Shown: piece by piece, positions 8,459 to 18,893 of the stretch
How positions within the stretch are numbered: position 1 is the first letter of the stretch
Layout: every line of letters starts with the position of its first letter
NCBI GenBank assembly: GCA_020148045.1
Contig: JAHCRG010000016.1
Span: 68-64,067 of the forward strand
Direction of reading: 5' to 3'
Origin: Patescibacteria group bacterium
Lineage (GTDB): Bacteria > Patescibacteriota > Minisyncoccia > Minisyncoccales > GWA2-38-27
Length of the DNA: 64,000 nucleotides
The notes under the pieces: model-generated
The model's input: only the letters and a program-made list of their open reading frames with translations
The model's database searches: none
What the model was told of the DNA's origin: nothing
Position numbers and translations under genes: made by a program

Positions 8459-9862
8459 ATGATTTCTAAAAAAGATTTTATAAAAATTAATAATTGGTTA
8501 TGGGAGATCCCTAAATCTTTTAGACAAGATATGCGGGTTCCTGCAAGGATTTATACTTCGGAAAAGATGTTAGAAGATATTTTTCAAGATGACTCAATTC
8601 AGCAATTGATTAATGGAACTACTCTGCCTGGTATAGTGAGATATGGTATAGCTATGCCTGATTGCCACGAAGGTTATTCAGTGCCTATAGGTTTTGTGGG
8701 CGCAATCAAAATTCCAGACGGAGTTATTTCACCTGGAGCCTGCGGTTTCGACATTAATTGCGGAATGAGATTGTTGAAATCAGAACATGCTGAGAAAGAA
8801 ATTAAGCCGTATTTGGAAAACTTGGCAACTGAAATTCAAAAGCAAGTTCCTTCTGGATTAGGAAGAGGAAGGGGAATAAAATTGAGTATTGAACAAATTG
8901 ATAAGATTTTACGACAAGGAACTCATGTTTTACTGAAACAAGGATACGGCGAAAAAGAGGATGTTGAAAATTGCGAGGCATCTGGGAGATTAGATTGGGC
9001 AGATGCTTCTGTTGTTTCGGACCATGCTAAAAATAGAGGGAGAGATCAGGTTGGAACTCTTGGGAGTGGGAATCATTTTTTGGAGATTCAAAAAGTAGCT
9101 GAAATCTTTGATGAGAAAATAGCTGAAACTTTTGGATTGTTTAAAGACCAAGTTGTAATAATGATTCATACTGGTTCAAGAGGTCTTGGCCATCAGGTTT
9201 GCACAGATTATTTGAAAACAATGATTCCGGCTATGAGCAAGTATAATATAAAAGTTCCGGATAAAGAATTTGCCTGTGTTCCTTTTGATTCTTCTGAAGG
9301 ACAGAGATATTTTTCAGCCATGGCTTCAGCTGCTAATTATGCTTGGGCTAACCGCTATATGATTGCTCATTATGTAAGAAAGGCGTGGAAAGAGGTAATG
9401 GGGCAGAAAGAAAAACTTGAATTATTATATGATGTGGCTCACAACATTATTAAAAAAGAAAAATACAAAATTGATGGAAAAGATACTGAAGTCATTGTTC
9501 ATCGAAAAGGAGCGACAAGGGCTTTTCCTGGACAGCCAGTCCTGCTTCCCGGGAGTATGGGAACTTCTTCATATATTTTAATAGGGACAGAAAAAGGAGA
9601 AGAGGCATTTTTTTCAACCTCTCATGGGGCAGGCAGGAGAATGTCTAGACGGGAAGCAATGAGAACTATTTCGGGAAGAGAAGTGATAGATAAATTAAAG
9701 CAAAAAGGGATAATTATAAAATGTCGTTCAATGAGGGGAATTGCCGAAGAGGCGCCTCTGGCTTACAAAGATATAGATAATGTAGTAGAAGTTGTTCATA
9801 ATGCTGGTTTGTCAAAAAAGGTAGTCAAACTCGTTCCTTTAGCAGTGATAAAAGGAGAGTAG
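8459..9862 (+). CDS. rtcB: RNA-splicing ligase RtcB
   Basis: GSGNHFLE, HTGSRGLGHQV, SHGAGR motifs over the full length. Confidence 0.9.
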   Translation: MISKKDFIKINNWLWEIPKSFRQDMRVPARIYTSEKMLEDIFQDDSIQQLINGTTLPGIVRYGIAMPDCHEGYSVPIGFVGAIKIPDGVISPGACGFDINCGMRLLKSEHAEKEIKPYLENLATEIQKQVPSGLGRGRGIKLSIEQIDKILRQGTHVLLKQGYGEKEDVENCEASGRLDWADASVVSDHAKNRGRDQVGTLGSGNHFLEIQKVAEIFDEKIAETFGLFKDQVVIMIHTGSRGLGHQVCTDYLKTMIPAMSKYNIKVPDKEFACVPFDSSEGQRYFSAMASAANYAWANRYMIAHYVRKAWKEVMGQKEKLELLYDVAHNIIKKEKYKIDGKDTEVIVHRKGATRAFPGQPVLLPGSMGTSSYILIGTEKGEEAFFSTSHGAGRRMSRREAMRTISGREVIDKLKQKGIIIKCRSMRGIAEEAPLAYKDIDNVVEVVHNAGLSKKVVKLVPLAVIKGE

Positions 9863-9889
9863 GTATTTGTTTTTACAATTTCATGATTG

Positions 9890-9898
9890 TGCTATAAT
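9890..9898 (+). promoter_or_regulatory. extended -10 element TGCTATAAT
   Basis: TGn-TATAAT 43 nt upstream of the ATG at 9941. Weak -35 TTTACA at 9872-9877. Confidence 0.45.
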
Positions 9899-9940
9899 AT
9901 GTTAAAAGGTCGCTTATTTTAATATTAATTTTCTAAGATT

Positions 9941-10282
9941 ATGAGTGAAAAAACTCCTCAAACACCAGGAGCATCAACAAAACAGGGAGACCAAAATTTA
10001 ATAGCAGTTTTGAGTTATTTAGGTATTCTTTTTTTAATTCCCTTGCTTGTAGTTAAAGATAATCGTTTTGTTCAGTTTCACGCAAAACAGGGTTTGGTTT
10101 TATTTATTGCCGAGATTGCCACTGTTGTGATTGCCTGGATTCCGATTTTGGGCTGGATTGCCGGATTTATATTATGGATTGTATGGTTTGTTTTTTCTAT
10201 TATGGGAATTGTAAATGTTCTTGGAGGCAAAAAAACTCCCCTTCCAATGATTGGAAAATTCGCTGGTAAGTTTAAGATTTAA
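9941..10282 (+). CDS. small membrane protein (DUF4870-like)
   Basis: Three hydrophobic helices and an FHAKQ motif. Confidence 0.5.
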   Translation: MSEKTPQTPGASTKQGDQNLIAVLSYLGILFLIPLLVVKDNRFVQFHAKQGLVLFIAEIATVVIAWIPILGWIAGFILWIVWFVFSIMGIVNVLGGKKTPLPMIGKFAGKFKI

Positions 10283-10441
10283 TTTGGTTTAAAAAGAATA
10301 TTAAGTCAAGGGGTGGAGCAAGCCCGCTCCTTGATTTTTATTTTATTTTATACTAAAATATAAACATTATTCTTATGTGTTTATTTTTTGTTTTATACTT
10401 GGTCTCTTTGACTTTTGTAGTTGGAGTTAATTTTTTGTATT

Positions 10442-10597
10442 ATGGGGAAGAAACGTATGCCAAAATCACTTCGCAAATTTATCAGAAAAGAGAAGGCCCG
10501 AATTCGTCGGGAAGTTTTAGATATGAAAGAACAAGAAAAATTAATTTCAGAATTATACCAGAGACTTACAAAAAAAGATAAAAAACAAAATCTATGA
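10442..10597 (+). CDS. small basic protein, 51 aa (not in ORF track)
   Basis: Hand translation: MGKKRMPKSLRKFIRKEKARIRREVLDMKEQEKLISELYQRLTKKDKKQNL. Its TGA overlaps the ATG of the next gene (ATGA). The overlapping track ORF 10375..10581 looks like hydrophobic junk. Confidence 0.4.
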   Translation: MGKKRMPKSLRKFIRKEKARIRREVLDMKEQEKLISELYQRLTKKDKKQNL

Positions 10598-11538
10598 AGA
10601 TAAAAGAAATCTACAATTTAGCTATTCAGATGGGGATTAAGGCAGATTTTCGGGGGGAAGAAGGAATTAAGAAATTTTTGGAAAACAAAAGAAAGCAATA
10701 TGAGAAAATGGATGAGAAAGAAAAAGAAGAATTTGATAAGGAGGCATTGAAAAATCCCTATTTGGATTCCAGGATTTATCATATTACTGAAGATAAAGAG
10801 ATTAAAAAAATTTTAGTTGGTATTGATATTGAGCCGGCTGAAATTTTAATGGCAAAAGAAATAGGGGATATTGACTTAATTATTGGTCATCATCCTATTG
10901 GCAAGGGATTGGCTCATTTGGCAGATGTAATGGATTTGCAGTGCGATGTTTTGAATTTTTATGGCGTGCCAATAAATATTGCCGAAGGCCTGATGAAAGA
11001 AAGGATTGAAGAAGTTGCCAGAGGGGTGAATAGATTAAATCACCAAAGAACGGTTGATACCACAAAACTTTTAAAAATGAATTTAATTAATTCTCATACT
11101 CCTTGCGATAATTTAGCAGCTAAGTTTTTAAAAGATTTAATTAAAGAGAAGAAACCAGAGAGAATCAGTGATTTAATTGATTTGCTAAAAGAAATTCCCG
11201 AATACAAAGAAGCGATGAAAATTGGAGCAGGTCCTAAAATTTTTGTTGGGGTTCCAGAAAATAGATGCGGGAAGATTGCCCTAACTGAAATCACTGGCGG
11301 AAGTGAAGGTTCTCCAAAGCTTTTTGGAAAAATGGCTAATGCTGGTATTGGCACGGTAGTTGGCATGCATATTTCAGAAGAGCATAAGAAGCAAGCTGAA
11401 GAGGCTAATCTAAATGTTGTAATTACTGGTCATATATCTTCTGATTCTTTGGGAGTGAATTTATTTTTAGATGAGTTAGAAAAACAAGGAATTGAGATTA
11501 TTCCTTGTTCAGGACTTATTAGGATTCCCCGAATATAA
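10594..11538 (+). CDS. NIF3-family (DUF34) dinuclear metal centre protein
   Basis: IGHHP, HTPCDN and TGHISSD metal-ligand motifs. Confidence 0.8.
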   Translation: MKIKEIYNLAIQMGIKADFRGEEGIKKFLENKRKQYEKMDEKEKEEFDKEALKNPYLDSRIYHITEDKEIKKILVGIDIEPAEILMAKEIGDIDLIIGHHPIGKGLAHLADVMDLQCDVLNFYGVPINIAEGLMKERIEEVARGVNRLNHQRTVDTTKLLKMNLINSHTPCDNLAAKFLKDLIKEKKPERISDLIDLLKEIPEYKEAMKIGAGPKIFVGVPENRCGKIALTEITGGSEGSPKLFGKMANAGIGTVVGMHISEEHKKQAEEANLNVVITGHISSDSLGVNLFLDELEKQGIEIIPCSGLIRIPRI

Positions 11539-11604
11539 TACTCTTCCAAATCTCATGATCGTGAATTTTAGAGGAGTAAAATTCTGGAGTAGAATTTTTG
11601 ATGT

Positions 11605-11633
11605 TGGCTGAAAAGCCAGTTTTTTGGTAGAAT
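11605..11633 (+). repeat. 29-nt GAAA-tetraloop hairpin plus TGnTAGAAT module, copy 1
   Basis: TGGCTGAAAAGCCAGTTTTTTG-G-TAGAAT. Identical to 19696-19724 except for one base. Confidence 0.8.
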
Positions 11634-11668
11634 AGTTTAGTTAGGGATTAATTTATTAAGAAAATAAT

Positions 11669-13066
11669 ATGACAAAGGGCAAGGTTTTTCTTATTGTCTT
11701 AGTTTCAACAGCTATATTTTTATTGGTTTATACTCCCCATTTCGCTTATCCCTTCCCGAGCCACATAGATGAATGGCATCACATCACCGAAGCAATAAAA
11801 CTCCAGGAAGGAGAATATTCAGGAGGCACAATGGGATATCGAGTTGGTTTCCATCTTTTACTTTTATTGTTGTCTAAAATTACAAATCCTGTTTTAATTT
11901 ACCAATTTCTCCCGGCAATCTGGGCTGTTTTTTCAGCCCTTGCTTTATTTTACGTTGTTTATAAAAAAACAAACAAGCAATTTTATATAGCACTTTTAGC
12001 AGTGATTTTTTTCGCTTCAATAAAATCAAATGTCAATATAACAGGATTATGGTTTTTTACTCCTCTCACTTTTTCCCTGCCTTTTATTTTCTTGTATGTT
12101 TACTTTTTTACCGAAGGCATTGAAAAACAGAATAAAAAATTTATTTTAGCAAGCCTGGCAATAATAGTTGTCCTGTTATTTATACATTCAATATCTGTTT
12201 TATTTGCAATTCCCTTTTTGTTGATTTACTCTTTATTTAACTTTAGATATATTAAGAAAGAATGGAAATTCTTTTCTCTATTTTTAATAATTCCCGTAAT
12301 AGGTATATTATTCTATAAATTTGTGACTAAAACGCCCTGGAATTTCTTAATAAGAAATTTAATTAAGGCATTACAATTTGAGCGCGGCTGGGGCGTCTTA
12401 GAAATAGATAATTCATTTTTTGAACTCTATAGTTTGATAGGTTATATATTAGCAATTATAGGATTAATTCTTGTTTTCAGAAACGAGAAAAATCTAAAAA
12501 AATACTTAGCTTACGGATTATGGCCAATCACAGTTTTAATATTAATAATGATTTATAAAAAAACAGGCGTTTCATATCTGTCTCCTTATCAAAGAAACTT
12601 ATATTATTTTGTTATAGGTTTACCGATATTAAGCGCATTGGGTTTAAATTACTTATTTAAGTTAACAAAAAAGAAGACACTCGTGGTTATAGTTTTTATT
12701 GTAGTAATATTTTTTACTTTTAAATCTTATTGGGAAATTCCAGAACAACTTGATTTGTACCAGGTGATTGATAGTAATGATTACCAAGCCTTTTTATTTT
12801 TGTCAGCTCTCCCGAAGTCAGTAGTTATGGCAGATCCAATGGTTTCAGTAGCGATGTATCCGATTTCCCAACAGGAACCAGTTGCTACTTTATTTTTTTA
12901 TGGAAACAGAGAAGATGCTAAAATGTTCTTTTCATTAGATGATTGTAAGGCAAAACAGCAAATCTTAAATGAATATAAGGTAAGGTATGTTTTATCAAAA
13001 TTTAAGATTGATTGCGGCTGGGATTTAATATACGATAAAGAAAATTATATTTATGAAGTAAGATGA
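11669..13066 (+). CDS. polytopic membrane protein, putative GT-C-type glycosyltransferase
   Basis: More than 10 predicted TM helices plus a soluble C-terminal domain. 4-nt overlap with the following polyprenyl-phosphate GT2 gene. Confidence 0.4.
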   Translation: MTKGKVFLIVLVSTAIFLLVYTPHFAYPFPSHIDEWHHITEAIKLQEGEYSGGTMGYRVGFHLLLLLLSKITNPVLIYQFLPAIWAVFSALALFYVVYKKTNKQFYIALLAVIFFASIKSNVNITGLWFFTPLTFSLPFIFLYVYFFTEGIEKQNKKFILASLAIIVVLLFIHSISVLFAIPFLLIYSLFNFRYIKKEWKFFSLFLIIPVIGILFYKFVTKTPWNFLIRNLIKALQFERGWGVLEIDNSFFELYSLIGYILAIIGLILVFRNEKNLKKYLAYGLWPITVLILIMIYKKTGVSYLSPYQRNLYYFVIGLPILSALGLNYLFKLTKKKTLVVIVFIVVIFFTFKSYWEIPEQLDLYQVIDSNDYQAFLFLSALPKSVVMADPMVSVAMYPISQQEPVATLFFYGNREDAKMFFSLDDCKAKQQILNEYKVRYVLSKFKIDCGWDLIYDKENYIYEVR

Positions 13067-14211
13067 AAACAAAAACAAGTAATAAAAACCCAGAAGTAAG
13101 CATAATCCTTCCTTGTTTAAATGAGGAGCAATCTTTAGGTACCTGTCTTGAGAAAATAAAAAAGGTTGTTAGGAAAAATAACCTTAATGCAGAGATAATA
13201 GTTGTAGATAATGGTTCTACAGATAATAGCTGCAAGATTGCTAAAAGAAAAAAAGTTAAAATAATTTATGAACCAAAAAGAGGTTATGGTTCAGCTTTTT
13301 TAAAAGGCTTTGAGGTGGCGAAAGGGAAATATTTTTTTTGTGCTGATTCAGACGGTAGTTATGATTTTAGAGAAATTCCAAGATTTATAGAAGAACTTAA
13401 AAAGGGCTCTGATTTTGTAATTGGAGATAGATTTAAAGGAAAAGTGAAAAAAGGAGCAATGCCTTGGTTCCACAGATACATAGGAAACCCAATGCTTTCC
13501 GGGATTTTAAGATTATTTTTCAAAACAAAAATTCAGGATGTCCATTGCGGTATGAGAACTATAACTAAAAAAGCTCTTAAAGAACTTAATTTGAGGGCAA
13601 CAGGTATGGAATTTGCTTCTGAAATGGTAATTCAGGCAGTTAAAAAAAATTTAAAAACTAAAGAAATTCCAATAGACTACCACAAAAGAAAAGGAACCTC
13701 TAAATTAAAAAGTTTTCGGGACGGATGGAAACATTTAAGGTTTATGTTGTTATACAGCCCCTTATTTTTATTTTTTATCCCGGGGGTTTTATTATTTTTA
13801 ATTGGCTTGATTTCTATGCTTTGGCTTTATTTTGGCTCTCTAAATATCTTTGGAATAGAATTTCAATATCATCCGATGTTTTTATCAGCCCTGTTAATTA
13901 TAATTGGTTATCAGTTAATCATATTTTCTTTGTTTGCCAAAACTTACGCCATAAATCATTTGGGAGAAAAGCCAATATTTAATAAACTTTATAAATATCT
14001 AACAATAGAAAAAGCAGGAATTGTCGGGATAATTATCGTTTTGCTTGGAATAATAATCTTCGCAACGATATTTTTTAAATGGCTCAATACGGGTTTTGGA
14101 GAATTAGATGAAATAAAAAATTCTATCACTGCTTTAACTTTAATTATTGTAGGAATTCAAACAATATTTTCCTCTTTTATGCTAAGTATCTTAGGGATTA
14201 AAGAAAAATGA
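13063..14211 (+). CDS. GT2 polyprenyl-phosphate glycosyltransferase (GtrB/ArnC/DPM1-like) with C-terminal TM helices
   Basis: VSIILPCLNEE, VVDNGSTD, DSDG motifs, then four hydrophobic helices. Confidence 0.8.
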   Translation: MKTKTSNKNPEVSIILPCLNEEQSLGTCLEKIKKVVRKNNLNAEIIVVDNGSTDNSCKIAKRKKVKIIYEPKRGYGSAFLKGFEVAKGKYFFCADSDGSYDFREIPRFIEELKKGSDFVIGDRFKGKVKKGAMPWFHRYIGNPMLSGILRLFFKTKIQDVHCGMRTITKKALKELNLRATGMEFASEMVIQAVKKNLKTKEIPIDYHKRKGTSKLKSFRDGWKHLRFMLLYSPLFLFFIPGVLLFLIGLISMLWLYFGSLNIFGIEFQYHPMFLSALLIIIGYQLIIFSLFAKTYAINHLGEKPIFNKLYKYLTIEKAGIVGIIIVLLGIIIFATIFFKWLNTGFGELDEIKNSITALTLIIVGIQTIFSSFMLSILGIKEK

Positions 14212-14251
14212 CTGCAAGTAACATCATTATAAGAAATATTTTAAGAAGAAA

Positions 14252-16078
14252 ATGGATATAATAGTTAATTTTATTTTAAGAATACTTGGAACTCTAATCT
14301 TTTTCCTGCCGGGCGTTCTGCTGAGCTATGTTATTTTCAAAAAAAAGAATTTGATTGAAAGAACTGCTTACTCAATCGTCTTGGCTGTCTCTGTGGCTAC
14401 TATTTTAGGCATGGCTTTGGCAAAATTAGGAATATTTACTCCTTTTTTTATTATAGTTGGAGTAAGCGTAATAAATATCATACTCTTAATTATTGTCGTT
14501 ATTCAAAGCAGGAATACAGAATTCAAAACAGGCAAGATGGATACTTCTTTCAGATTGATTTGCCTCTTCTCTTTAATTGGTCTTCTGTGGAGACTTTATT
14601 TTGTATCTAAAGTGAACCAATGGGGAGATGGCATAACGAGCCACATAGAACATCTTATTGGAAATAGCATTAGAGGGAGTGGGAGTGCATTGATTTCTAC
14701 ACCTAATCTTAATTTTTATACCGGCATGGTAAGAGATCGTGCAAATTTTATTGGAGGTATTTTGTCAAAAAATATATTAAACCAGCTGTCATTTAATCAT
14801 TCCATTATGAACATAATACTATCTGTTTTTCTTTTATGCAGTTTTACCTATGTAGTTATAAAATTATTCACAGAAAATGAGAAACTAGCTTTGTTCGGCG
14901 CTGCTGTTATGGCTATAGGGCTAGTAGAAATCTGGCAGAATACGTTTGGTTTTATTGGGGGTAATCTTTCATATGTAGCGTTAATCTCTCTTTTCATATT
15001 CTATAAGAAAGAGAATAAAGCCTATTTCTGGTTTTTACTCTTGATAGCTATAATAATGATGTTTAGCTATTATACCGGTTCTTTGGTAATGATTATCACT
15101 TCTGTTGGGTTTGCTTTTGCGCTAATTCTAAAAAATGTAAGGTTTAATGGAAGTATATTCCGGATATTTTTGAAGTCACTAATACAAAGGAAGGTGATTG
15201 CGTATTTATTTATTGCTTTGTTGTTATCTTCGTTTATTTTCTTATTTTCGAGTGAAACGGTTTCTGTCTATACTTCTGAAAACGTTCGTGCGGTTGCAAG
15301 CGAGATAAAAAGTGGTGAAGAGAGCGAAAAAATATCAATACCGGAACCTACAAGGCCATATAAATCTAAAATCAGGTTTCTTGGTCTGCCCATAATAAGC
15401 TGGCAGAATATTTTTTTCATCTTTCTGGGGTTAACATTTGCACTTTATTTTATCTTTAGAAAAACTGACAGTTATGACAAAGATATAGCCTATGCTTCTA
15501 TACCTGTTATTACGTTGGCTCTTGTTTTTTTGAGTGTAAATATGCCTGAAAGAGCTTTTTCATATCTTGCTTTTTTTGGAATTCTCGCAGCTAAAATACC
15601 TAAGAGAGTATTTAGAATTTTTGTAGTTATCTCACTGATTTTTTTAGTCTCGACAACCTTTTTAGTAGCCTCGCAAAGAATAAAATTTTTTACGAACTCA
15701 GACGGCGAAATTAAAGCGGCAAAATGGGTAAGTGAAAATCTCAATGAGATAATTCTTAGTGATGAGCGTTTTATAAGTTTGGTTATACAAAATAATTATT
15801 TTAAAGTTAATGGTTTTGAGGATAATTCTCCATATATGTATCCTACTTTTTATAGAAATGATCCTGAAGAAGTCAGGATGGTTATGCGAGAACTAAGAGC
15901 GGGTTATTTTGCAACGACCAAGAGAATGAGGGACGATTATATCTTGATGCTGAATTTTCCTCAAGTCCCGATGGAGAACGGGCAGATGTATGAAGAAAAT
16001 TTTACTAAAGTTTATGACAATGGAGATGTCAAAGTTTATAAAATAAATCAAGAACCTTGCTGCGTGCAAGAACCTTAA
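14252..16078 (+). CDS. polytopic membrane protein, putative GT-C-type glycosyltransferase
   Basis: Many TM helices followed by a soluble C-terminal domain. Call rests on glycosylation-cluster context. Confidence 0.4.
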   Translation: MDIIVNFILRILGTLIFFLPGVLLSYVIFKKKNLIERTAYSIVLAVSVATILGMALAKLGIFTPFFIIVGVSVINIILLIIVVIQSRNTEFKTGKMDTSFRLICLFSLIGLLWRLYFVSKVNQWGDGITSHIEHLIGNSIRGSGSALISTPNLNFYTGMVRDRANFIGGILSKNILNQLSFNHSIMNIILSVFLLCSFTYVVIKLFTENEKLALFGAAVMAIGLVEIWQNTFGFIGGNLSYVALISLFIFYKKENKAYFWFLLLIAIIMMFSYYTGSLVMIITSVGFAFALILKNVRFNGSIFRIFLKSLIQRKVIAYLFIALLLSSFIFLFSSETVSVYTSENVRAVASEIKSGEESEKISIPEPTRPYKSKIRFLGLPIISWQNIFFIFLGLTFALYFIFRKTDSYDKDIAYASIPVITLALVFLSVNMPERAFSYLAFFGILAAKIPKRVFRIFVVISLIFLVSTTFLVASQRIKFFTNSDGEIKAAKWVSENLNEIILSDERFISLVIQNNYFKVNGFEDNSPYMYPTFYRNDPEEVRMVMRELRAGYFATTKRMRDDYILMLNFPQVPMENGQMYEENFTKVYDNGDVKVYKINQEPCCVQEP

Positions 16079-16174
16079 TTCGCTCCTGCCCGCATTGTTA
16101 TGCAAAGCCTTGCAGGCGGGAAGGTATAAATATATATTCTTGAATTAAGGAAGCCAAATAAACTAAAAACGAAA

Positions 16175-17257
16175 ATGAAAATAGCCATCTTCCATAATTT
16201 TATGGACAATATTGGAGGAGCAGAAATAGTTGGTTTGACCTTAGCCAGAGAATTAAAGGCGGATTTCTATACTACAAATATAGATGAAGAGAAAATCCGA
16301 AAAATGGGTTTTTCTAATATAGAATTAAAATCTATTGGAAAAGTTCCAACAAATGCACCTTTTAGGCATCAGGCAGCTTTAAGAAAATTTAGAAAACTTA
16401 ATTTGGGAAACAAGTATGATTTTTATATTATTGATGGTGACTGGGCAATGTCAGGAGCAGTTAACAATAAACCAAATCTTTGGTATGTTCATTCACCAAT
16501 AAGAGAAATCTGGGATTTGTATAAACATACAAGAAAGAATAATGTCCCGTTGCCCTTAAGGCCTATTTTTGACACCTGGGTATATTATAATCGCTATTTA
16601 AACAAAAAATATGTCCAAGAAGTTGATAAAATAGTTTGTAATTCAAAAAACACTCAAAAAAGAGTTAAAAAATATCTAAATAAAGAAGCTACGGTAATTA
16701 ATCCTCCAATAGAAACATCTAAATTTCATTATAAAAAAACTGGGGATTTCTGGCTTTCTGTTAACAGATTAATTAGTCATAAAGGAATTGATTTGCAAAT
16801 AAAAGCATTTTCTAAATTACCGGATGAAAAACTAATTATTGTTGGAAGTTATGAAAAATCAAGACATTTTAAACAATATGCAAATTACATTAAATCAATA
16901 AAACCAAGAAATGTAGAAATATTAAGCTGGCTTAATTCTAATGAATTGGTTGATTTGTATACAAATTGCAAAGGTCTCATCGCAACTTCAAAAAATGAAG
17001 ATTTTGGTATGGCTTCTGTTGAAGCAATGGCCTCTGGCAAGCCGGTCATAGCTTCAAATGAAGGTGGCTACAAAGAGACAGTTCTTGATGGTGTTACCGG
17101 AAAGCTGATTGATAATATTAATGAAGATAAATTATTAGAAGCAATCAAAGAAATTGGCAAAAATCCTGAAAAATATAAAGAGGCCTGCATAGAACAGGCA
17201 AAAAAATACGATGTCAAGATTTTTATTAAAAAAATTAAAGAGCAGATTGAAAAATGA
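16175..17257 (+). CDS. glycosyltransferase family 4 (GT-B)
   Basis: C-terminal EDFGMASVEAMASGKPVIA..GG..E motif. Confidence 0.8.
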   Translation: MKIAIFHNFMDNIGGAEIVGLTLARELKADFYTTNIDEEKIRKMGFSNIELKSIGKVPTNAPFRHQAALRKFRKLNLGNKYDFYIIDGDWAMSGAVNNKPNLWYVHSPIREIWDLYKHTRKNNVPLPLRPIFDTWVYYNRYLNKKYVQEVDKIVCNSKNTQKRVKKYLNKEATVINPPIETSKFHYKKTGDFWLSVNRLISHKGIDLQIKAFSKLPDEKLIIVGSYEKSRHFKQYANYIKSIKPRNVEILSWLNSNELVDLYTNCKGLIATSKNEDFGMASVEAMASGKPVIASNEGGYKETVLDGVTGKLIDNINEDKLLEAIKEIGKNPEKYKEACIEQAKKYDVKIFIKKIKEQIEK

Positions 17258-18120
17258 AGCAATTAATTTCAATAGTTATTCCAACGTATAATGCAGAAAA
17301 AACACTAAAGCAATGTTTAAACTCTATCTTAAATCAGACTTATAAAAATTATGAGATTATTGTTGTAGATAATAATTCTACTGATAAAACTGAAAAGATA
17401 ATTAAGGAATTGCAAAGAAAGAATAAAAAAATAAAATACCTATTTGAAAAAAGAAAAGGAAGGGGTGCTGCAAGAAATACAGGAGAGAAAAAAGCAAGAG
17501 GAAAGATTATTTTAATGACAGATAGTGATTGTATTGTTCCTAAGAACTGGGTCAGCGAGATGGTTAAAGCCATTAAAGAATATGATGCAGTACAGGGTTT
17601 TGAACAAGCTGTTTCTGATAATTTTTGGAGCAGATGTTATCAGATGGATTCTAAAAAAAAATATGAAAAAGAAAGTATGAAAAACCCAATTGGAAAAATC
17701 GATACAAAAAACTTTGCAATAAAAAAAGAAGTATTAAAAAAAATAGGATTCACCTCCCGAAAATACATAAGTGGGAATGATACTGATCTTTCAATAAAAC
17801 TTGCAAAAAATAATTGTAAGGTAAGATTTATGAAAAATATAAAAGTTAAACATTCTCATGTTGATTCATTAAAAAAAATTTTTAAAAAAAGAGTCCATCA
17901 TGCAAAATGGACTTCTATAATCTCTCGCGATCATAAAAAATTTCTTAAAAATACAAGTTTTTTAGCAGATACTTGCCAAACCCCTTGGACATTTATTAAA
18001 TTTTTCCCCGGAATCTTCGGAACTTTAATAAAAAAAGGTTTTAGATATGCTTATTATGATTTTGTTGTGGGAATTTCCTGGAGAATTGGGTTAGTTTATG
18101 GCTGGATAAAACAATCTTAA
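17254..18120 (+). CDS. glycosyltransferase family 2
   Basis: ISIVIPTYNAE, VVDNNSTD, DSDC motifs. 4-nt overlap with the upstream gene. Confidence 0.8.
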   Translation: MKQLISIVIPTYNAEKTLKQCLNSILNQTYKNYEIIVVDNNSTDKTEKIIKELQRKNKKIKYLFEKRKGRGAARNTGEKKARGKIILMTDSDCIVPKNWVSEMVKAIKEYDAVQGFEQAVSDNFWSRCYQMDSKKKYEKESMKNPIGKIDTKNFAIKKEVLKKIGFTSRKYISGNDTDLSIKLAKNNCKVRFMKNIKVKHSHVDSLKKIFKKRVHHAKWTSIISRDHKKFLKNTSFLADTCQTPWTFIKFFPGIFGTLIKKGFRYAYYDFVVGISWRIGLVYGWIKQS

Positions 18121-18139
18121 ATCCGAAGGAATCAAGGTT

Positions 18140-18165
18140 CTACAAGCGCGGCTTGTAGGTTTTTA
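18140..18165 (+). terminator. intrinsic terminator after the GT2 gene
   Basis: CTACAAGC-GCG-GCTTGTAG stem-loop followed by GTTTTT. Confidence 0.7.
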
Positions 18166-18172
18166 TTATTGA

Positions 18173-18892
18173 TTATTGTTTATATCCCATAATAATCCTT
18201 CTTGGCTCCCCTTCTTTGATAATTCTGCCTTTATCAAGCAAAATAACCCTGTTGCAGTATTTTTCAATCATCCATAATTCATGACTTACCAATAAGACCG
18301 TTGCCCCTTTATTTACTAATTCTTTTATTTTGTTTGCACTTTTAATTTTAAAATCCTCGTCTCCAACTTCAAGAACCTCATCAAGCAGAAGAATGTCCGG
18401 ATTGCAATGAATTGCAATTGAAAATGCCAACCTTTGTTTCATTCCCTCTGAAAACTGATATATTTTTGTGTTGACAAAATTTTCAAGTTCTGCAAATTCA
18501 ACTATTGAATTGAATTTCTTTTTTATTTCCTTTTTGCCTAAATCAAAAAGAGAACAACACAAATAAATATTATCTCTGGTTGTTAATCTTTCTTTCGGCC
18601 CAACTTTCAAATTTATTAGAGAGATTAATTTCCCATTAATTTTGACTGTCCCATCATCTTTATCATATATTCCTGCGATAATTCTTAATAAAGTACTTTT
18701 ACCAGAGCCATTTTCACCAATAATTCCAATTATTTCTCCTGCCTTTGCTTTAAACGATACATTCTTTAAAGCCCAGATGATTTTTCTGGGCTCTTTTCCG
18801 GAAAAAAAAGAAATAAATCTGGCTAAAGCTCCTTGATTTTTTTTAAATCCTATTTTAAATTTTTTTGATATATCTTTGACAATTATTCCCAT
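18173..18892 (-). CDS. ABC transporter ATP-binding protein (Wzt/TagH-like polysaccharide exporter)
   Basis: Walker A GENGSGKST, signature FSEGMKQRL, Walker B LLLDE. Confidence 0.85.
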   Translation of the reverse strand: MGIIVKDISKKFKIGFKKNQGALARFISFFSGKEPRKIIWALKNVSFKAKAGEIIGIIGENGSGKSTLLRIIAGIYDKDDGTVKINGKLISLINLKVGPKERLTTRDNIYLCCSLFDLGKKEIKKKFNSIVEFAELENFVNTKIYQFSEGMKQRLAFSIAIHCNPDILLLDEVLEVGDEDFKIKSANKIKELVNKGATVLLVSHELWMIEKYCNRVILLDKGRIIKEGEPRRIIMGYKQ

Positions 18893-18893
18893 T

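Noticed and set aside
10375-10581. Track ORF of 68 aa
   Set aside because: The translation is hydrophobic low-complexity with no RBS or coupling. The overlapping frame 10442..10597 gives a coherent basic protein with an ATGA overlap to the next gene.
16085-16121. GC-rich hairpin TCCTGCCCGC...GCAGGCGGGA after the second GT-C-like gene, as a possible intrinsic terminator
   Set aside because: The stem is convincing (10 positions with one mismatch and one wobble), but no T-tract follows on either strand. Its function is left open.
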